A DNA stretch of 64,000 nucleotides from Candidatus Uhrbacteria bacterium (lineage in GTDB: Bacteria; Patescibacteriota; Patescibacteriia; UBA9934; UBA10169): contig JACPJO010000001.1 in NCBI GenBank assembly GCA_016187485.1, positions 6,195 to 70,194 of the forward strand. Reading direction: 5' to 3'. Shown here one piece after another: positions 38,552 through 48,099 of this stretch. The notes under the pieces were generated by a model that did no database searches, was not told the origin of the DNA, and saw nothing but the letters and a program-made list of their open reading frames with translations. Each line of letters begins with the position of its first letter. Within the stretch, counting starts at the first letter, position 1. Made by a program: the position numbers and the translations under genes.

Positions 38552-40300
38552 ATGAACAAACGAGTTCTGCAAATTTATGTTGCGCATGCTCTGCGCTACC
38601 CCTGGAGCGTGACGGCTCTTTTGTTTGTCATTGTTGCTGCGCAAGCGCTTCACTTACTGGTTCCGTGGCTCTACAAACGCTTCTTTGATCTTCTTTTTTC
38701 CGGCGCAACGCCCGCCGTCCTTGCCCCGCAGCTTATCCAGATTCTTTTCTCTGTCTTTTTCTTAACACTTGGCGGATGGTTTTTGTGGCGTGCGTCTGGA
38801 TTTCTCACCGCCGTCCTTCACCCGAAGATCACCAAAGATCTTTACGAAACGGCGTTCCGTTACCTCTTGCACCACTCGTACCGGTTCTTTGCAAATCACT
38901 TTGGTGGGTCGTTGGTCCGCAAGGTCGGGCGTTTCACGCATGCGTTCCATAATCTTGCCGATCAACTACAGTGGAAGCTGATCCCGATTACCGTCACGAC
39001 GATCGGTGTTTTTATTGCATTGTTCCTCCGTCACCCGACTCTTGCGTGGATCCTCTTCGGTTGGCTGGTGGTCTTTATTCTGATGAACGCCGTTATTTCC
39101 AACTGGAAGCTTCGCTACGATAAGGAACGATCGGCGATTGACTCGGAAGTGACCGGGGCGCTCGCGGATGCGCTCACCAACAGTATTACGGTCAAGACTT
39201 TCGCGGGGTATACATATGAGGAAAGATTATTTCAGAATATTCTGGAGCGCTTTCGGCGCATCTGGAAGTTTTGCTGGAATTTGGCCGAGATCAACATGGC
39301 TGTGCAGACGTTTCTCATGATTCTGCTTGAACTTGGCATGATGTGGATGGCGGTATCACTGTGGACAAAGGGCCTACTGACAGCCGGCGACTTTGCGCTT
39401 TTGCAGGCATATCTTATCCGCATCATTGATACGATGTGGGACTTGGGACACGTATTCCGTGACATCTACGAGCAAGTTGCTGATGCGTCCGAAATGGCGG
39501 AGATCATTGATACGACGCCGGAAGTAGGGGACAAACCCAGAGCTAAGGCTCTTGCGGTGCGGCACGGGGAAATCCAGTTTGATCACGTAGTCTTCAGCTA
39601 CAGGAAGACGCGGCCGATTTTGAATGACCTAGACTTAACGATCAAGGCCGGTGAGAAAGTGGCGCTTGTGGGACCGTCGGGAGCAGGGAAGTCTACGGTT
39701 ACGAAACTCATGTTCCGATTCTTCGATCTGGATGCGGGCGCCATTCGCATCGATGGACAATCTGTGGCGGATGTGACGCTCGAGAGTTTGTGGGAGCATA
39801 TCGGTTTGGTGCCGCAAGAACCGATTCTTTTCCACAGGACGCTCATGGAGAATATTCGCTATGGACGGCGTACGGCCACGGACGAGGAGGTCGTCCAGGC
39901 GGCGAAGAAGGCACGATGCCACGAATTTATTGTAGCTCTGCCGAATGGGTACGGCACCTTTGTGGGCGAGCGCGGAGTGAAACTCTCCGGCGGGGAGCGC
40001 CAGCGCGTTGCCATTGCGCGAGCGATTCTCAAAGACGCACCGATTCTCGTGCTTGATGAAGCGACGTCGAGTCTCGACTCGGAATCGGAAGCGATGATTC
40101 AGGAGGCTTTGCGCGCGCTCATGAAGGGAAAAACGACGATGGTTATTGCCCACCGCCTTTCCACCATCATGCAGATGGACAGGATTGTGGTTATGGAGGG
40201 GGGAAAGATGGCGGACGAGGGGACGCATGCCGAGCTTCTCAAACGTCACGGAACCTACAAAAAGCTTTGGGAAATTCAAGCGGGCGGTTTTGTACATTGA
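38552..40300 (+). CDS. ABC exporter, fused permease/ATPase
   Basis: 6 TMs; GPSGAGKST, LSGGERQR, ILVLDEATS. Confidence 0.96.
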   Translation: MNKRVLQIYVAHALRYPWSVTALLFVIVAAQALHLLVPWLYKRFFDLLFSGATPAVLAPQLIQILFSVFFLTLGGWFLWRASGFLTAVLHPKITKDLYETAFRYLLHHSYRFFANHFGGSLVRKVGRFTHAFHNLADQLQWKLIPITVTTIGVFIALFLRHPTLAWILFGWLVVFILMNAVISNWKLRYDKERSAIDSEVTGALADALTNSITVKTFAGYTYEERLFQNILERFRRIWKFCWNLAEINMAVQTFLMILLELGMMWMAVSLWTKGLLTAGDFALLQAYLIRIIDTMWDLGHVFRDIYEQVADASEMAEIIDTTPEVGDKPRAKALAVRHGEIQFDHVVFSYRKTRPILNDLDLTIKAGEKVALVGPSGAGKSTVTKLMFRFFDLDAGAIRIDGQSVADVTLESLWEHIGLVPQEPILFHRTLMENIRYGRRTATDEEVVQAAKKARCHEFIVALPNGYGTFVGERGVKLSGGERQRVAIARAILKDAPILVLDEATSSLDSESEAMIQEALRALMKGKTTMVIAHRLSTIMQMDRIVVMEGGKMADEGTHAELLKRHGTYKKLWEIQAGGFVH

Positions 40301-40373
40301 CGTGTTCTTCACGATGTGCAAATCTACGCTCTTCTTTGAGGCGATGCCGCTTTAAAGAATGGAGGGTTCATCC

Positions 40374-41120
40374 ATGAGGCCTATCGTTTTTCTCCCCGGG
40401 GCCTGGGGCAACCGAGATCAAGCCATCGGATACTGGACGCGACGCATCCGCGAAGGGCTTTCACCTCCTGCTTTGCACTCGTTCATTCCGATGGGCTACG
40501 ATCGCGATGCGCGCACGCAGAAGCAGGTCGTTCGGCACCTCATCGAGGGCATTCGGCGCAGTGTCGGCGTGTTCGAGATCCGATCCGGCGTGGACGTCAT
40601 CGCCTACTCGTGGGGGGCGTACTTGGCCTGCATGGTCGGCACGCTCCAGCCCGGAATCATCCGGCGTGCCGTCTTCATCTCGGGGATGCCGCACATCGGG
40701 TTCGGGCTCTGCAACACCCTGCGTTTTGCACGAGCGGCACCCAGCTGTCTCTTCGCGGCGCTGGGAGGCTCCTTCGCCCTGCGCAGCACGCAGGAGGTCC
40801 ACCGATGCTTCTTCCCCGGGGTCGTTCCAGATGACGGACTCGAGGGGGAGGTTCTCGCGCATATGCATCCCGAGCGCACCTCTGCGATCCTGCAGCTTCT
40901 GCCGGGACCGCAGCAGATACGGGCTGAATCGCCGATCTTCCGTGTGCTCGCTCTGCGCGCGCCAGACAGACAGGACGTCTTCAGCGCTGGCGCCAACTAC
41001 CAGGGAGGCGTGGACGTGACGTGCAAGGTCATGCCTGACTGGACACACGGGACAATCCTCACATCGGCGATGAGCGACGTGACACATCGTGTCATCGAGC
41101 CCTGGTTCACCGCTCGCTAG
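40374..41120 (+). CDS. Alpha/beta hydrolase (GC-rich, SD-led class)
   Basis: IVFLPGAWG, nucleophile elbow AYSWGA, C-terminal His; GGAGG upstream. Confidence 0.75.
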   Translation: MRPIVFLPGAWGNRDQAIGYWTRRIREGLSPPALHSFIPMGYDRDARTQKQVVRHLIEGIRRSVGVFEIRSGVDVIAYSWGAYLACMVGTLQPGIIRRAVFISGMPHIGFGLCNTLRFARAAPSCLFAALGGSFALRSTQEVHRCFFPGVVPDDGLEGEVLAHMHPERTSAILQLLPGPQQIRAESPIFRVLALRAPDRQDVFSAGANYQGGVDVTCKVMPDWTHGTILTSAMSDVTHRVIEPWFTAR

Positions 41121-41212
41121 GACATCTTCTCTTCTCTGCCAGGCCTAAGGCCTGGTTTCTGTTTGACTTCCTCTTTTTGCTCGCGTACTGTCTTGCACGG
41201 AGGTTATGTCGG

Positions 41213-42052
41213 ATGACACGACAAGAAATCTGCGACAGTGTCGGACGTGAACACGCCAATACGGTCACGCGCCGTCTCGAGAAGGCGGGGCTTCCGTGCC
41301 CCCGTCTCGCGATTCAACTCGGTGACGGGTTCGAACTCTCCGAGTTCAAGCAGGTGCAGTCCTTCCCCCTTCGGGAGACCTTCTCGGGACTCCATGACCT
41401 TCCCGAGTTGGACCCGCCGCGCGCAATTTCCTACGGCTTCCTGCCCTGGGACATTCCGGTCCTGGTGACTCCTCGCATCTCGCTTCACGAGCGCAATCCC
41501 GTGACGGGTCGCGGTGACGCGCGCAACTGGGTGCGACTCCTCAACGACACCCTTGTCTTCGCAGGGTGCACGCGGCTTGTCATCCTCACGGAGGCGGGAA
41601 GCATCAATGCATTCATCCCGGGCGATCTCGTCACCGTGCGGAGCGTCTCCACCATCTTCATGCGCGACTGGCCGATGTACCAGGGGGAGGCCTGCCAGCC
41701 TGACCGGGCGCTTTCCCGGGAACTGGCATTGGTCGCCACGCAGGCATCCATTCAAGCGGACGTGGATCTCAAGATGGGCAAGCATGTGTACTGGCACGGG
41801 CCTGGCATCGAGACGGAGGACGACAAGCGCATCATCCGGCAGCTGACGGCGGCTGAGCTCATCAGTATGTCGGTGCTGCCCGACCTCGCGGTGTGGGCTT
41901 TGCATCCGGACACGGCCGTTCTTCCTCTGGCACTTGTCACGAACGGCATCAACAACCCGTTCAATCTCGAGCACAACCAGCGTCACGTGGCGGAAAGCAA
42001 AGAGAGGATCACACCGATCCTCTCGAAGCTCATCCCGCTCCTGGCACGCTAG
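41213..42052 (+). CDS. Divergent purine nucleoside phosphorylase (PNP/MTAP family)
   Basis: ILTEAGSIN, PGDLV, YWHGPGIET, ISMSVLPD, LALVTN; promoter TTGACT-17-TACTGT and GGAGG. Confidence 0.75.
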   Translation: MTRQEICDSVGREHANTVTRRLEKAGLPCPRLAIQLGDGFELSEFKQVQSFPLRETFSGLHDLPELDPPRAISYGFLPWDIPVLVTPRISLHERNPVTGRGDARNWVRLLNDTLVFAGCTRLVILTEAGSINAFIPGDLVTVRSVSTIFMRDWPMYQGEACQPDRALSRELALVATQASIQADVDLKMGKHVYWHGPGIETEDDKRIIRQLTAAELISMSVLPDLAVWALHPDTAVLPLALVTNGINNPFNLEHNQRHVAESKERITPILSKLIPLLAR

Positions 42053-42094
42053 TCGATGTTCTTTCTTCCCGGGGCGCGCGTATACGCGCTCTTT

Positions 42095-42859
42095 CTATTT
42101 ATCTATAGAGTAGGTGAGATACACAATCATAGTCCCCTCAATCGTTCCCGGTGCAATATCAGGCGCCGCACCGCCGCCTCCCATCCCAAGACTTTCCCTC
42201 GCGTAGTACATCGGCGGCACGCCCTCATTGAACCCCTCACTATAGCCCACGATTTTCATGTTTTTGAGTTCGAGGCTTGTGCGGATGATCTCGGCTTGCT
42301 CTTTGGCTTTTTCGATCGCCTCTTTACGCGCGACATCTTTGGCATCGGTTGAATCGTCTACGGTTAAGTTTGGTCCGGAGATGCTCGTGGCCCCGTTTTT
42401 GCCAGCCATCGCAAGAAGCGGCGAGACTTTGCCTGTGTCGCGCACCTTCACCGTAATAGTTTGACTTACTATCCAACCAACGGATTCCAACTCATTCTTC
42501 TCTTGATTCCAGCGGTTATCTTCGTACACGTTGTATTGGCTAGTTTGCACATCGGCCTCGGGAATGCCAAGCTCCTTGATCTTCTGCAAGAGAGTGTTAC
42601 CGATCTGTGTGTTTTTCTCTTGCGCCGCAGCGACATCTTTTTCTTTTGTCTCTACGCCAAGCGTAACGGTGGCAATGTCGGGCACCTGACCCACCCGCGC
42701 CTCGCCGGTCACGGTGATTTGGTGCTCATAGGGAACAGGCTTACCGATCTCTCTGGCCTTAAGAAGGCTCAAGAGGGATGAGACTGCAAGAAAGAGCGCG
42801 AGCAGGATAATGGCCGCGTAGAGCGCACGCTCCATGCGTGGTTGGTCGGAGAAATTCAT
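42095..42859 (-). CDS. SIMPL (DUF541) domain protein
   Basis: ITVTGEARVGQVPDIATVTLGV, ARKEAIEKAKEQA, IAPG. Confidence 0.92.
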   Translation of the reverse strand: MNFSDQPRMERALYAAIILLALFLAVSSLLSLLKAREIGKPVPYEHQITVTGEARVGQVPDIATVTLGVETKEKDVAAAQEKNTQIGNTLLQKIKELGIPEADVQTSQYNVYEDNRWNQEKNELESVGWIVSQTITVKVRDTGKVSPLLAMAGKNGATSISGPNLTVDDSTDAKDVARKEAIEKAKEQAEIIRTSLELKNMKIVGYSEGFNEGVPPMYYARESLGMGGGGAAPDIAPGTIEGTMIVYLTYSIDK

Positions 42860-42867
42860 AAAGAAAA

Positions 42868-43269
42868 TTAAAGTTTTTTACGGAAGAGACAAAGAGCCAC
42901 AAAACCGCCGATGCCGCCCAAGAACAGGTCGAGCATCGTGTCGCCAATCGAGACTTGCGACTTGGGCCAGTCAAAACGCGCGCCCACGGTGTTGTCGAGA
43001 ATGTACTCATGGAATTCCCACGCCACGGCAATAAGAAGGGTGAAACCGACCACAAACAGTGTGTGGTACCACCAGGGGTGTCCCGCCAAGTGGTGCTTGT
43101 CGGTCATGTGGTGGTGGATGGCAAGCCCTAGCATACCTATGGCAAAGCCGCCGGAAAAGTGCATGAGGCTATCGAACTCAAACACGGAGAAATACAGACC
43201 TGTGGTGATCGCGATGACATGGGTGACAAGAACGAGGGCGATGGTAAGAAAAGCGAATCGAAAGGGCAT
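42868..43269 (-). CDS. Membrane protein (DUF2238/VanZ-like)
   Basis: FDSLMHFSGG, WEFHEY, DTMLDLFLG. Confidence 0.75.
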   Translation of the reverse strand: MPFRFAFLTIALVLVTHVIAITTGLYFSVFEFDSLMHFSGGFAIGMLGLAIHHHMTDKHHLAGHPWWYHTLFVVGFTLLIAVAWEFHEYILDNTVGARFDWPKSQVSIGDTMLDLFLGGIGGFVALCLFRKKL

Positions 43270-43296
43270 AGAAGAACTACAGTATAGCACGAATCA

Positions 43297-43325
43297 TTGA
43301 CACGAAGGGCCCAAACCGCTATCAT
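43297..43325 (+). promoter_or_regulatory. Sigma70 promoter of typA
   Basis: TTGACA-17nt-TATCAT, 14 nt before ATG, no SD. Confidence 0.75.
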
Positions 43326-43339
43326 CCGCGCGTATTTCT

Positions 43340-45160
43340 ATGGAAAAACGCACAGACATCCGAAACGTGGCAATCATTGCCCATGTGGACCACGGCAAGA
43401 CGACGCTGGTGGACGCGCTTCTGAAACAGTCCAACACTTTCCGCAACGCCGAGGCCATGGGAACGACGATCATGGACTCAAACGAGCTCGAGCGCGAGCG
43501 CGGGATTACGATTTTCAGCAAGAATGCCGCCATCGTGTGGAATGGCGTGAAGATCAATATTGTAGATACGCCGGGGCACGCGGATTTCGGTGGCGAGGTG
43601 GAGCGCATTATGAGCATGGTGGACGGGTGTCTTCTGCTTGTTGACGCGAAGGAGGGGCCGATGCCGCAGACAAAATTCGTGTTGAAAAAAGCCATTGCAG
43701 CCGGACACAAAGTGGTGGTGGTTATCAACAAGATTGATAAGAAGGATGCGCGGCCCGAATGGGTTCTGAACAAGACGTTTGATCTGTTTGTAGATTTGGG
43801 AGCGACCGATGAGCAAGCGAACTTTCCGGTTATTTATGCCTCGGCTATCCAGGGACTTGCGGGGCGCACACCGGAGCTCTCTCTCATGAAAGATGTGACG
43901 GCGATTTACGAAACGATCGTGTCGGACATTCCTGGGCCCACTGTGGATGCAGACGGCCCCATGCAGATGTCGGTGGTGAACGTCCAATATGATGCGTATA
44001 AGGGCCGGCTTGCGGTAGGACGACTGGTGCGCGGCACGATGCAGACAGGACAAAGCGTGACGCACATCCACCGTGATGGCACACAAGCCGCAGGGAGGGT
44101 GACAACGATCGAGGTGTTTGCCGGATTGGCACGCACGTCGGCAGAGGAAGTCCACGCCGGGGATATTTTGGCAGTTGCGGGCATCGAAGATGTGGGGATT
44201 GGGGAAACACTCGCCGATGCGGAGGCGCCCGAGGCACTGCCGGTACTGGAAATTGAAGAACCTACCGTGAAGATGACGTTTGCCGTCAATACGTCGCCGT
44301 TTGCGGGGCGCGAAGGGGAGTTTGCGACTTCACGTCACTTGAAGGCGCGGCTCGACCGTGAGTTGCAGAATGATGTAGCGCTCCGTGTGGAGGAAGGAAG
44401 CGGCGAAGGAGCTTTTATTGTTTCCGGCCGCGGGGAACTTCACTTGGCGATCTTGATAGAAAAAATGCGTCGGGAAGGATATGAACTGCAGGTATCGCGT
44501 CCTCAAGTCATCATGAAGACCGTAAATAAGGTGGAGATGGAGCCATTCGAGCAGGTTTCCATCGAGGTGCCAGAAAACATGGCGGGCATTGTGATTGAGC
44601 ATATGGGCAAGCGCCGGGGAGAGATGAATGACATGAAGGTTGAGGGTCCAACCGCGTTTCTTGAATTTGAAATTCCTACGCGCGGGCTCATCGGATTTCG
44701 TAATGAGTTTCTTACCGACACGAAGGGGCAGGGGATCATGAACAGTCTGCTGTTGGGGTACCGTCCACGGACGGGCGAGGTGGCGACGGGGGTGCACGGG
44801 TCCATGATTTCGATGGAGAATGGAGCTACGATGGGGTATGCGCTGACGAATTTGCAAGAGCGCGGGATGCTCTTCTTGGGGCCGGGGGTTGAGGTATACG
44901 AAGGCATGGTTGTGGGGGAACACTCGCGTCCTGAAGATATTGAGGTCAATCCCTGTAAAGAAAAAAAACTGAGCAATATGCGCAGCAAAGGGGACGGCGT
45001 GTCCGTCGGCCTCGCGCCGTACCGCGATATGACGCTCGAGCAATGCTTGGAGTATATTGGAGACGATGAACTGGTCGAGGTGACCCCGAAAAATATTCGT
45101 ATGCGAAAGGCCATCCTTGTATCTCACCTTCGCCGCCGCGCGAATGCGGCGGCTCTGTAA
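43340..45160 (+). CDS. typA: Translational GTPase TypA/BipA
   Basis: IAHVDHGKTTLVD, DTPGHADFGGEVER, GRGELHL, ELVEVTP. Confidence 0.98.
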   Translation: MEKRTDIRNVAIIAHVDHGKTTLVDALLKQSNTFRNAEAMGTTIMDSNELERERGITIFSKNAAIVWNGVKINIVDTPGHADFGGEVERIMSMVDGCLLLVDAKEGPMPQTKFVLKKAIAAGHKVVVVINKIDKKDARPEWVLNKTFDLFVDLGATDEQANFPVIYASAIQGLAGRTPELSLMKDVTAIYETIVSDIPGPTVDADGPMQMSVVNVQYDAYKGRLAVGRLVRGTMQTGQSVTHIHRDGTQAAGRVTTIEVFAGLARTSAEEVHAGDILAVAGIEDVGIGETLADAEAPEALPVLEIEEPTVKMTFAVNTSPFAGREGEFATSRHLKARLDRELQNDVALRVEEGSGEGAFIVSGRGELHLAILIEKMRREGYELQVSRPQVIMKTVNKVEMEPFEQVSIEVPENMAGIVIEHMGKRRGEMNDMKVEGPTAFLEFEIPTRGLIGFRNEFLTDTKGQGIMNSLLLGYRPRTGEVATGVHGSMISMENGATMGYALTNLQERGMLFLGPGVEVYEGMVVGEHSRPEDIEVNPCKEKKLSNMRSKGDGVSVGLAPYRDMTLEQCLEYIGDDELVEVTPKNIRMRKAILVSHLRRRANAAAL

Positions 45161-45164
45161 CGTC

Positions 45165-45863
45165 ATGGACACTGTTCGGCTGAACAAATTTTTGGTAGAT
45201 GCGGGCGTGTGCTCGCGGCGCGAGGCCGACCGGCTGATTGAGGCTGGCAAAGTAAAGGTGAATGGCGCACCGGCTGTTCTTGGGCAAAAAGTTCTCCCGA
45301 CCGACCACGTACGCGTGCTTGGGCGGACGGCGCACATAAAAAGAGAGCGCGTGTATTTGGCGTATCACAAACCTGTAGGGGTGATTTGCACAAGCGATCC
45401 CACCGCGCGTGACAATATTATTGAGGCCGTGGGGTATCCCGATCGTGTATTTCATATCGGACGTTTGGACGTGGCCTCATCTGGACTCATCCTTCTCACC
45501 AATGATGGGGGAATTGTGAATAAAATCTTGCGCGCGGAAGGGAAGCATGAAAAAGAATACATCGTGCGCGTGGAACGCCCGATCACGGCTGCGTTTGTGG
45601 AGCGGATGCAGAAAGGGGTGATGCTCGATGGGCAGAAGACGCTTCCCGCAAAGGTTGCGCGTATGGGAGCGGATATTTTTTCTCTCACGCTTGTGGAGGG
45701 ACGCAATCGCCAAATCCGCCGCATGTGCGAAGCGCTTGGATTCAAGACCGTGTCTCTTAAGCGCATCCGTGTGATGCACATCACGCTCGACAACCTCCCG
45801 CCCGGCAAGTGGCGCATGCTCACCGATGAAGAGCGCCAAAAACTCCTCGCGCGCGTGGTCTAG
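45165..45863 (+). CDS. RsuA/RluF-family pseudouridine synthase
   Basis: S4 domain RLNKFL...SRREAD; GRLDVASSGLILLTNDG; EGRNRQIRRM. Confidence 0.95.
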   Translation: MDTVRLNKFLVDAGVCSRREADRLIEAGKVKVNGAPAVLGQKVLPTDHVRVLGRTAHIKRERVYLAYHKPVGVICTSDPTARDNIIEAVGYPDRVFHIGRLDVASSGLILLTNDGGIVNKILRAEGKHEKEYIVRVERPITAAFVERMQKGVMLDGQKTLPAKVARMGADIFSLTLVEGRNRQIRRMCEALGFKTVSLKRIRVMHITLDNLPPGKWRMLTDEERQKLLARVV

Positions 45864-46539
45864 CGTGAGTGGCTTTTGCGAGGCCTGCCGTATGGCTCGC
45901 GAGGACATCCATACTGTCAACGATGTTCTCCCCGGACATGCAGGCGAGTTGGAGATCCGTGCATCCCAAGACTATGTGCGTGTTACCGATACGCGCAAGC
46001 ATATTTTGCAGAAATTCTCCACACATACCCCCTCCATGCTTGCCGAGTAGTCCCATGATTGCCTGATCCAACAGACACTGATCGGCCGGGTGGGGAAGAG
46101 ACACCGCGACGTGATGTTTGGCTAAGGCATGTTGGTACAATCCGGTCGCTCTGGTGCGGCTGGTCATAAGAACGGTACACGATGTCCACCCGCGCCGCGC
46201 AACTTCGGCGGCGGTCAGCTCAATGATATTCGTGAGAGGGATGGGACTTGTCGCTTGCAGCGATTCGTAGAACTCGTGCACCGTGTTGCAAGGAATAACA
46301 ATGTGCGTGCAGCCAGCACGTGCAAGCCGTTCTTGTCCTTGAGAGAGGCGATGAAAATAGTAGGACGTGTGTTGTCCGCTCGCGATGTATTCTTTTTCTT
46401 TTTGAAGGTTGAGCGGCAAACTCCAAATACACACGGCGGGACGCGACGTCGTAGTAGCTTTATGGATGAGAGATTGGTAGAACTTGGCGGTTGTTTCTGG
46501 GCCGAGGCCTCCTAAGACGCCAACGATAGGTTTTTTCAT
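45820..46539 (-). CDS. Aspartate/glutamate racemase family protein
   Basis: GVLGGLGPETT, catalytic IPCNT and LGCTD. Confidence 0.9.
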   Translation of the reverse strand: MKKPIVGVLGGLGPETTAKFYQSLIHKATTTSRPAVCIWSLPLNLQKEKEYIASGQHTSYYFHRLSQGQERLARAGCTHIVIPCNTVHEFYESLQATSPIPLTNIIELTAAEVARRGWTSCTVLMTSRTRATGLYQHALAKHHVAVSLPHPADQCLLDQAIMGLLGKHGGGMCGEFLQNMLARIGNTHIVLGCTDLQLACMSGENIVDSMDVLASHTAGLAKATHARPRARGVFGALHR

Positions 46540-46557
46540 AGGTAATGATGTTCATGC

Positions 46558-46654
46558 AAAACAAAAACGCCCCAATTGGGCGCTGGCTTGCAGGAACGCA
46601 AACAACGCCCAATCAGGGCGAGGTATAGAATATTTGGTGACAATTTACGAACAT
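46558..46654 (-). promoter_or_regulatory. Putative leader-peptide transcription attenuator (uORF MFVNCHQIFYTSP, 46654-46613)
   Basis: Four mutually complementary segments and a T-tract upstream of the racemase. Confidence 0.6.
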
Positions 46655-46706
46655 ACTACATGGACTTTAACACAAACACTTTAAAAACTCCAAGCCAGGA
46701 GCGCTG

Positions 46707-46850
46707 TCATTTCTCTTTTGGCGTCTCCACCGTTACCCACGTATCATCTTCCGCACATTTATACACGACGCGATCATATGTATTCCCGCCGCCCGTGCTC
46801 GTATCTTGGCGGTCGAAAGCCATAGTGCGACTGCAGGTTGGACATTGCAT
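46707..46850 (-). CDS. Small zinc-ribbon-like protein, 47 aa (not in ORF track)
   Basis: MQCPTCSRTM...YDRVVYKCAEDDTWVTVETPKEK. Confidence 0.7.
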   Translation of the reverse strand: MQCPTCSRTMAFDRQDTSTGGGNTYDRVVYKCAEDDTWVTVETPKEK

Positions 46851-46886
46851 ACTTTCTTATGTTACCTTTCTTGCGCAAACACGCAT

Positions 46887-46960
46887 AGGGGTGTAGTGAA
46901 ATGGTATCACGAAGGTCTCCAAAACCTTTATTCTGGGTTCGAGCCCCAGCGCCCCTGCCA
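46887..46960 (+). tRNA. tRNA-Trp(CCA)
   Basis: AAGGT-CTCCAAA-ACCTT, GGTTCGAGCCC, acceptor AGGGGTG/CGCCCCT, CCA. Confidence 0.95.
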
Positions 46961-46961
46961 G

Positions 46962-46990
46962 AAAACTCCGAGTCCTTGACTCGGAGTTTT
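46962..46990 (+). terminator. Terminator after tRNA-Trp
   Basis: AAAACTCCGAGTC-CTT-GACTCGGAGTTTT. Confidence 0.8.
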
Positions 46991-47009
46991 ATGATAGACT
47001 GTTTCCTGT

Positions 47010-47627
47010 ATGAACAATGAGCGGGTGATCCAAATCTACGACAAGATCGCGGAAGAATATGCGCGGAGATACGATCCGATTGAATCCGAAGAGGACCTTG
47101 TCTTTCTAAAAACATTCTTAGACCATCTGAAACCCGGCTCTTATGTTGCCGATATCGGTTGTGGAACTGGCTACTCAACTGGATACTTCACCAAGCATGG
47201 AATGAGCGCCGAGGGCATTGACTTGTCCTCCAGCATGATTGCCATTGCAAAAAGAAATTATCCAGAGATTTCTTTTTCGGTTCAAGATCTAAGACTCTGG
47301 ATGCCGAAAAAATCTGTCAACGCAGTCTGGGCCGGGTACTGCCTTTTTCATCTTGAACAAGACGACTTTGAAAAAACGCTCGCTAACATTCGATCCTACC
47401 TAAAACCGGGAGGTGTATTCGGCCTTGTGATGCAGGAAGGCGAGGGACAGCTGGAAGCGGACGAACCACTTCTTCGAGGAGCAAAAATTTACATTCACCT
47501 GTATACAGAAGAAAGTCTCAGACAGATTTTGGAAAGGCATGGCTTTACCGTTGTTGAAGTGAAAAGAAAAAAACCCATGTATGCAATGGAATTTGCTTAT
47601 AACAAGTTGTTGATCATAGCGACATGA
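47010..47627 (+). CDS. Class I SAM-dependent methyltransferase
   Basis: VADIGCGTG, GIDLSSSMI, LKPGG. Confidence 0.93.
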   Translation: MNNERVIQIYDKIAEEYARRYDPIESEEDLVFLKTFLDHLKPGSYVADIGCGTGYSTGYFTKHGMSAEGIDLSSSMIAIAKRNYPEISFSVQDLRLWMPKKSVNAVWAGYCLFHLEQDDFEKTLANIRSYLKPGGVFGLVMQEGEGQLEADEPLLRGAKIYIHLYTEESLRQILERHGFTVVEVKRKKPMYAMEFAYNKLLIIAT

Positions 47628-47974
47628 CCAGCGCAAAAGATCTCCTCGGTAATATAGTCGACGTCATAGTCGACCGTCCTCTCGGATCAAAACACCCAAC
47701 GCACGACTTTACGTACCTAGTGAATTACGGCTTCGTCCCAGGGACGCAATCGCCCGATGGAGAGGAACTCGATGCGTATCTTTTGGGTATCGATAAGCCA
47801 CTTCAAAACTTCCGTGGTCGGTGTGTCGCTATTATCCACCGAACCAACGACGATGACGACAAGCTGATCGTCGTACCGAGCGACATGACGATCACCGATG
47901 ACCAAATCCGTCAGGCGACTCATTTTCAAGAACAGTACTTCCACTCCGAAATTATTCGCACGCAAGAGTTCTAG
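47624..47974 (+). CDS. Inorganic pyrophosphatase-like protein (short form)
   Basis: VDRPLGSKHP, VNYGFVPGT, DGEELDAY, DDDKL. Confidence 0.88.
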   Translation: MTSAKDLLGNIVDVIVDRPLGSKHPTHDFTYLVNYGFVPGTQSPDGEELDAYLLGIDKPLQNFRGRCVAIIHRTNDDDDKLIVVPSDMTITDDQIRQATHFQEQYFHSEIIRTQEF

Positions 47975-48099
47975 CCTCACTCACTAAGCCCCTGTCACGT
48001 TGGTCGCGACCGACGTAGCCCGCTACGAAGCCGGCCGTTTCAAACGGGCGGTTTTGTGTTAGCATAGCTGCAAAGTTTCCTATCTGAATGTTCCCGTCT

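Noticed and set aside
46887-46960. Alternative genetic code (UGA recoding)
   Set aside because: tRNA-Trp has a CCA anticodon and many conserved genes end cleanly at TGA; code 11 fits.
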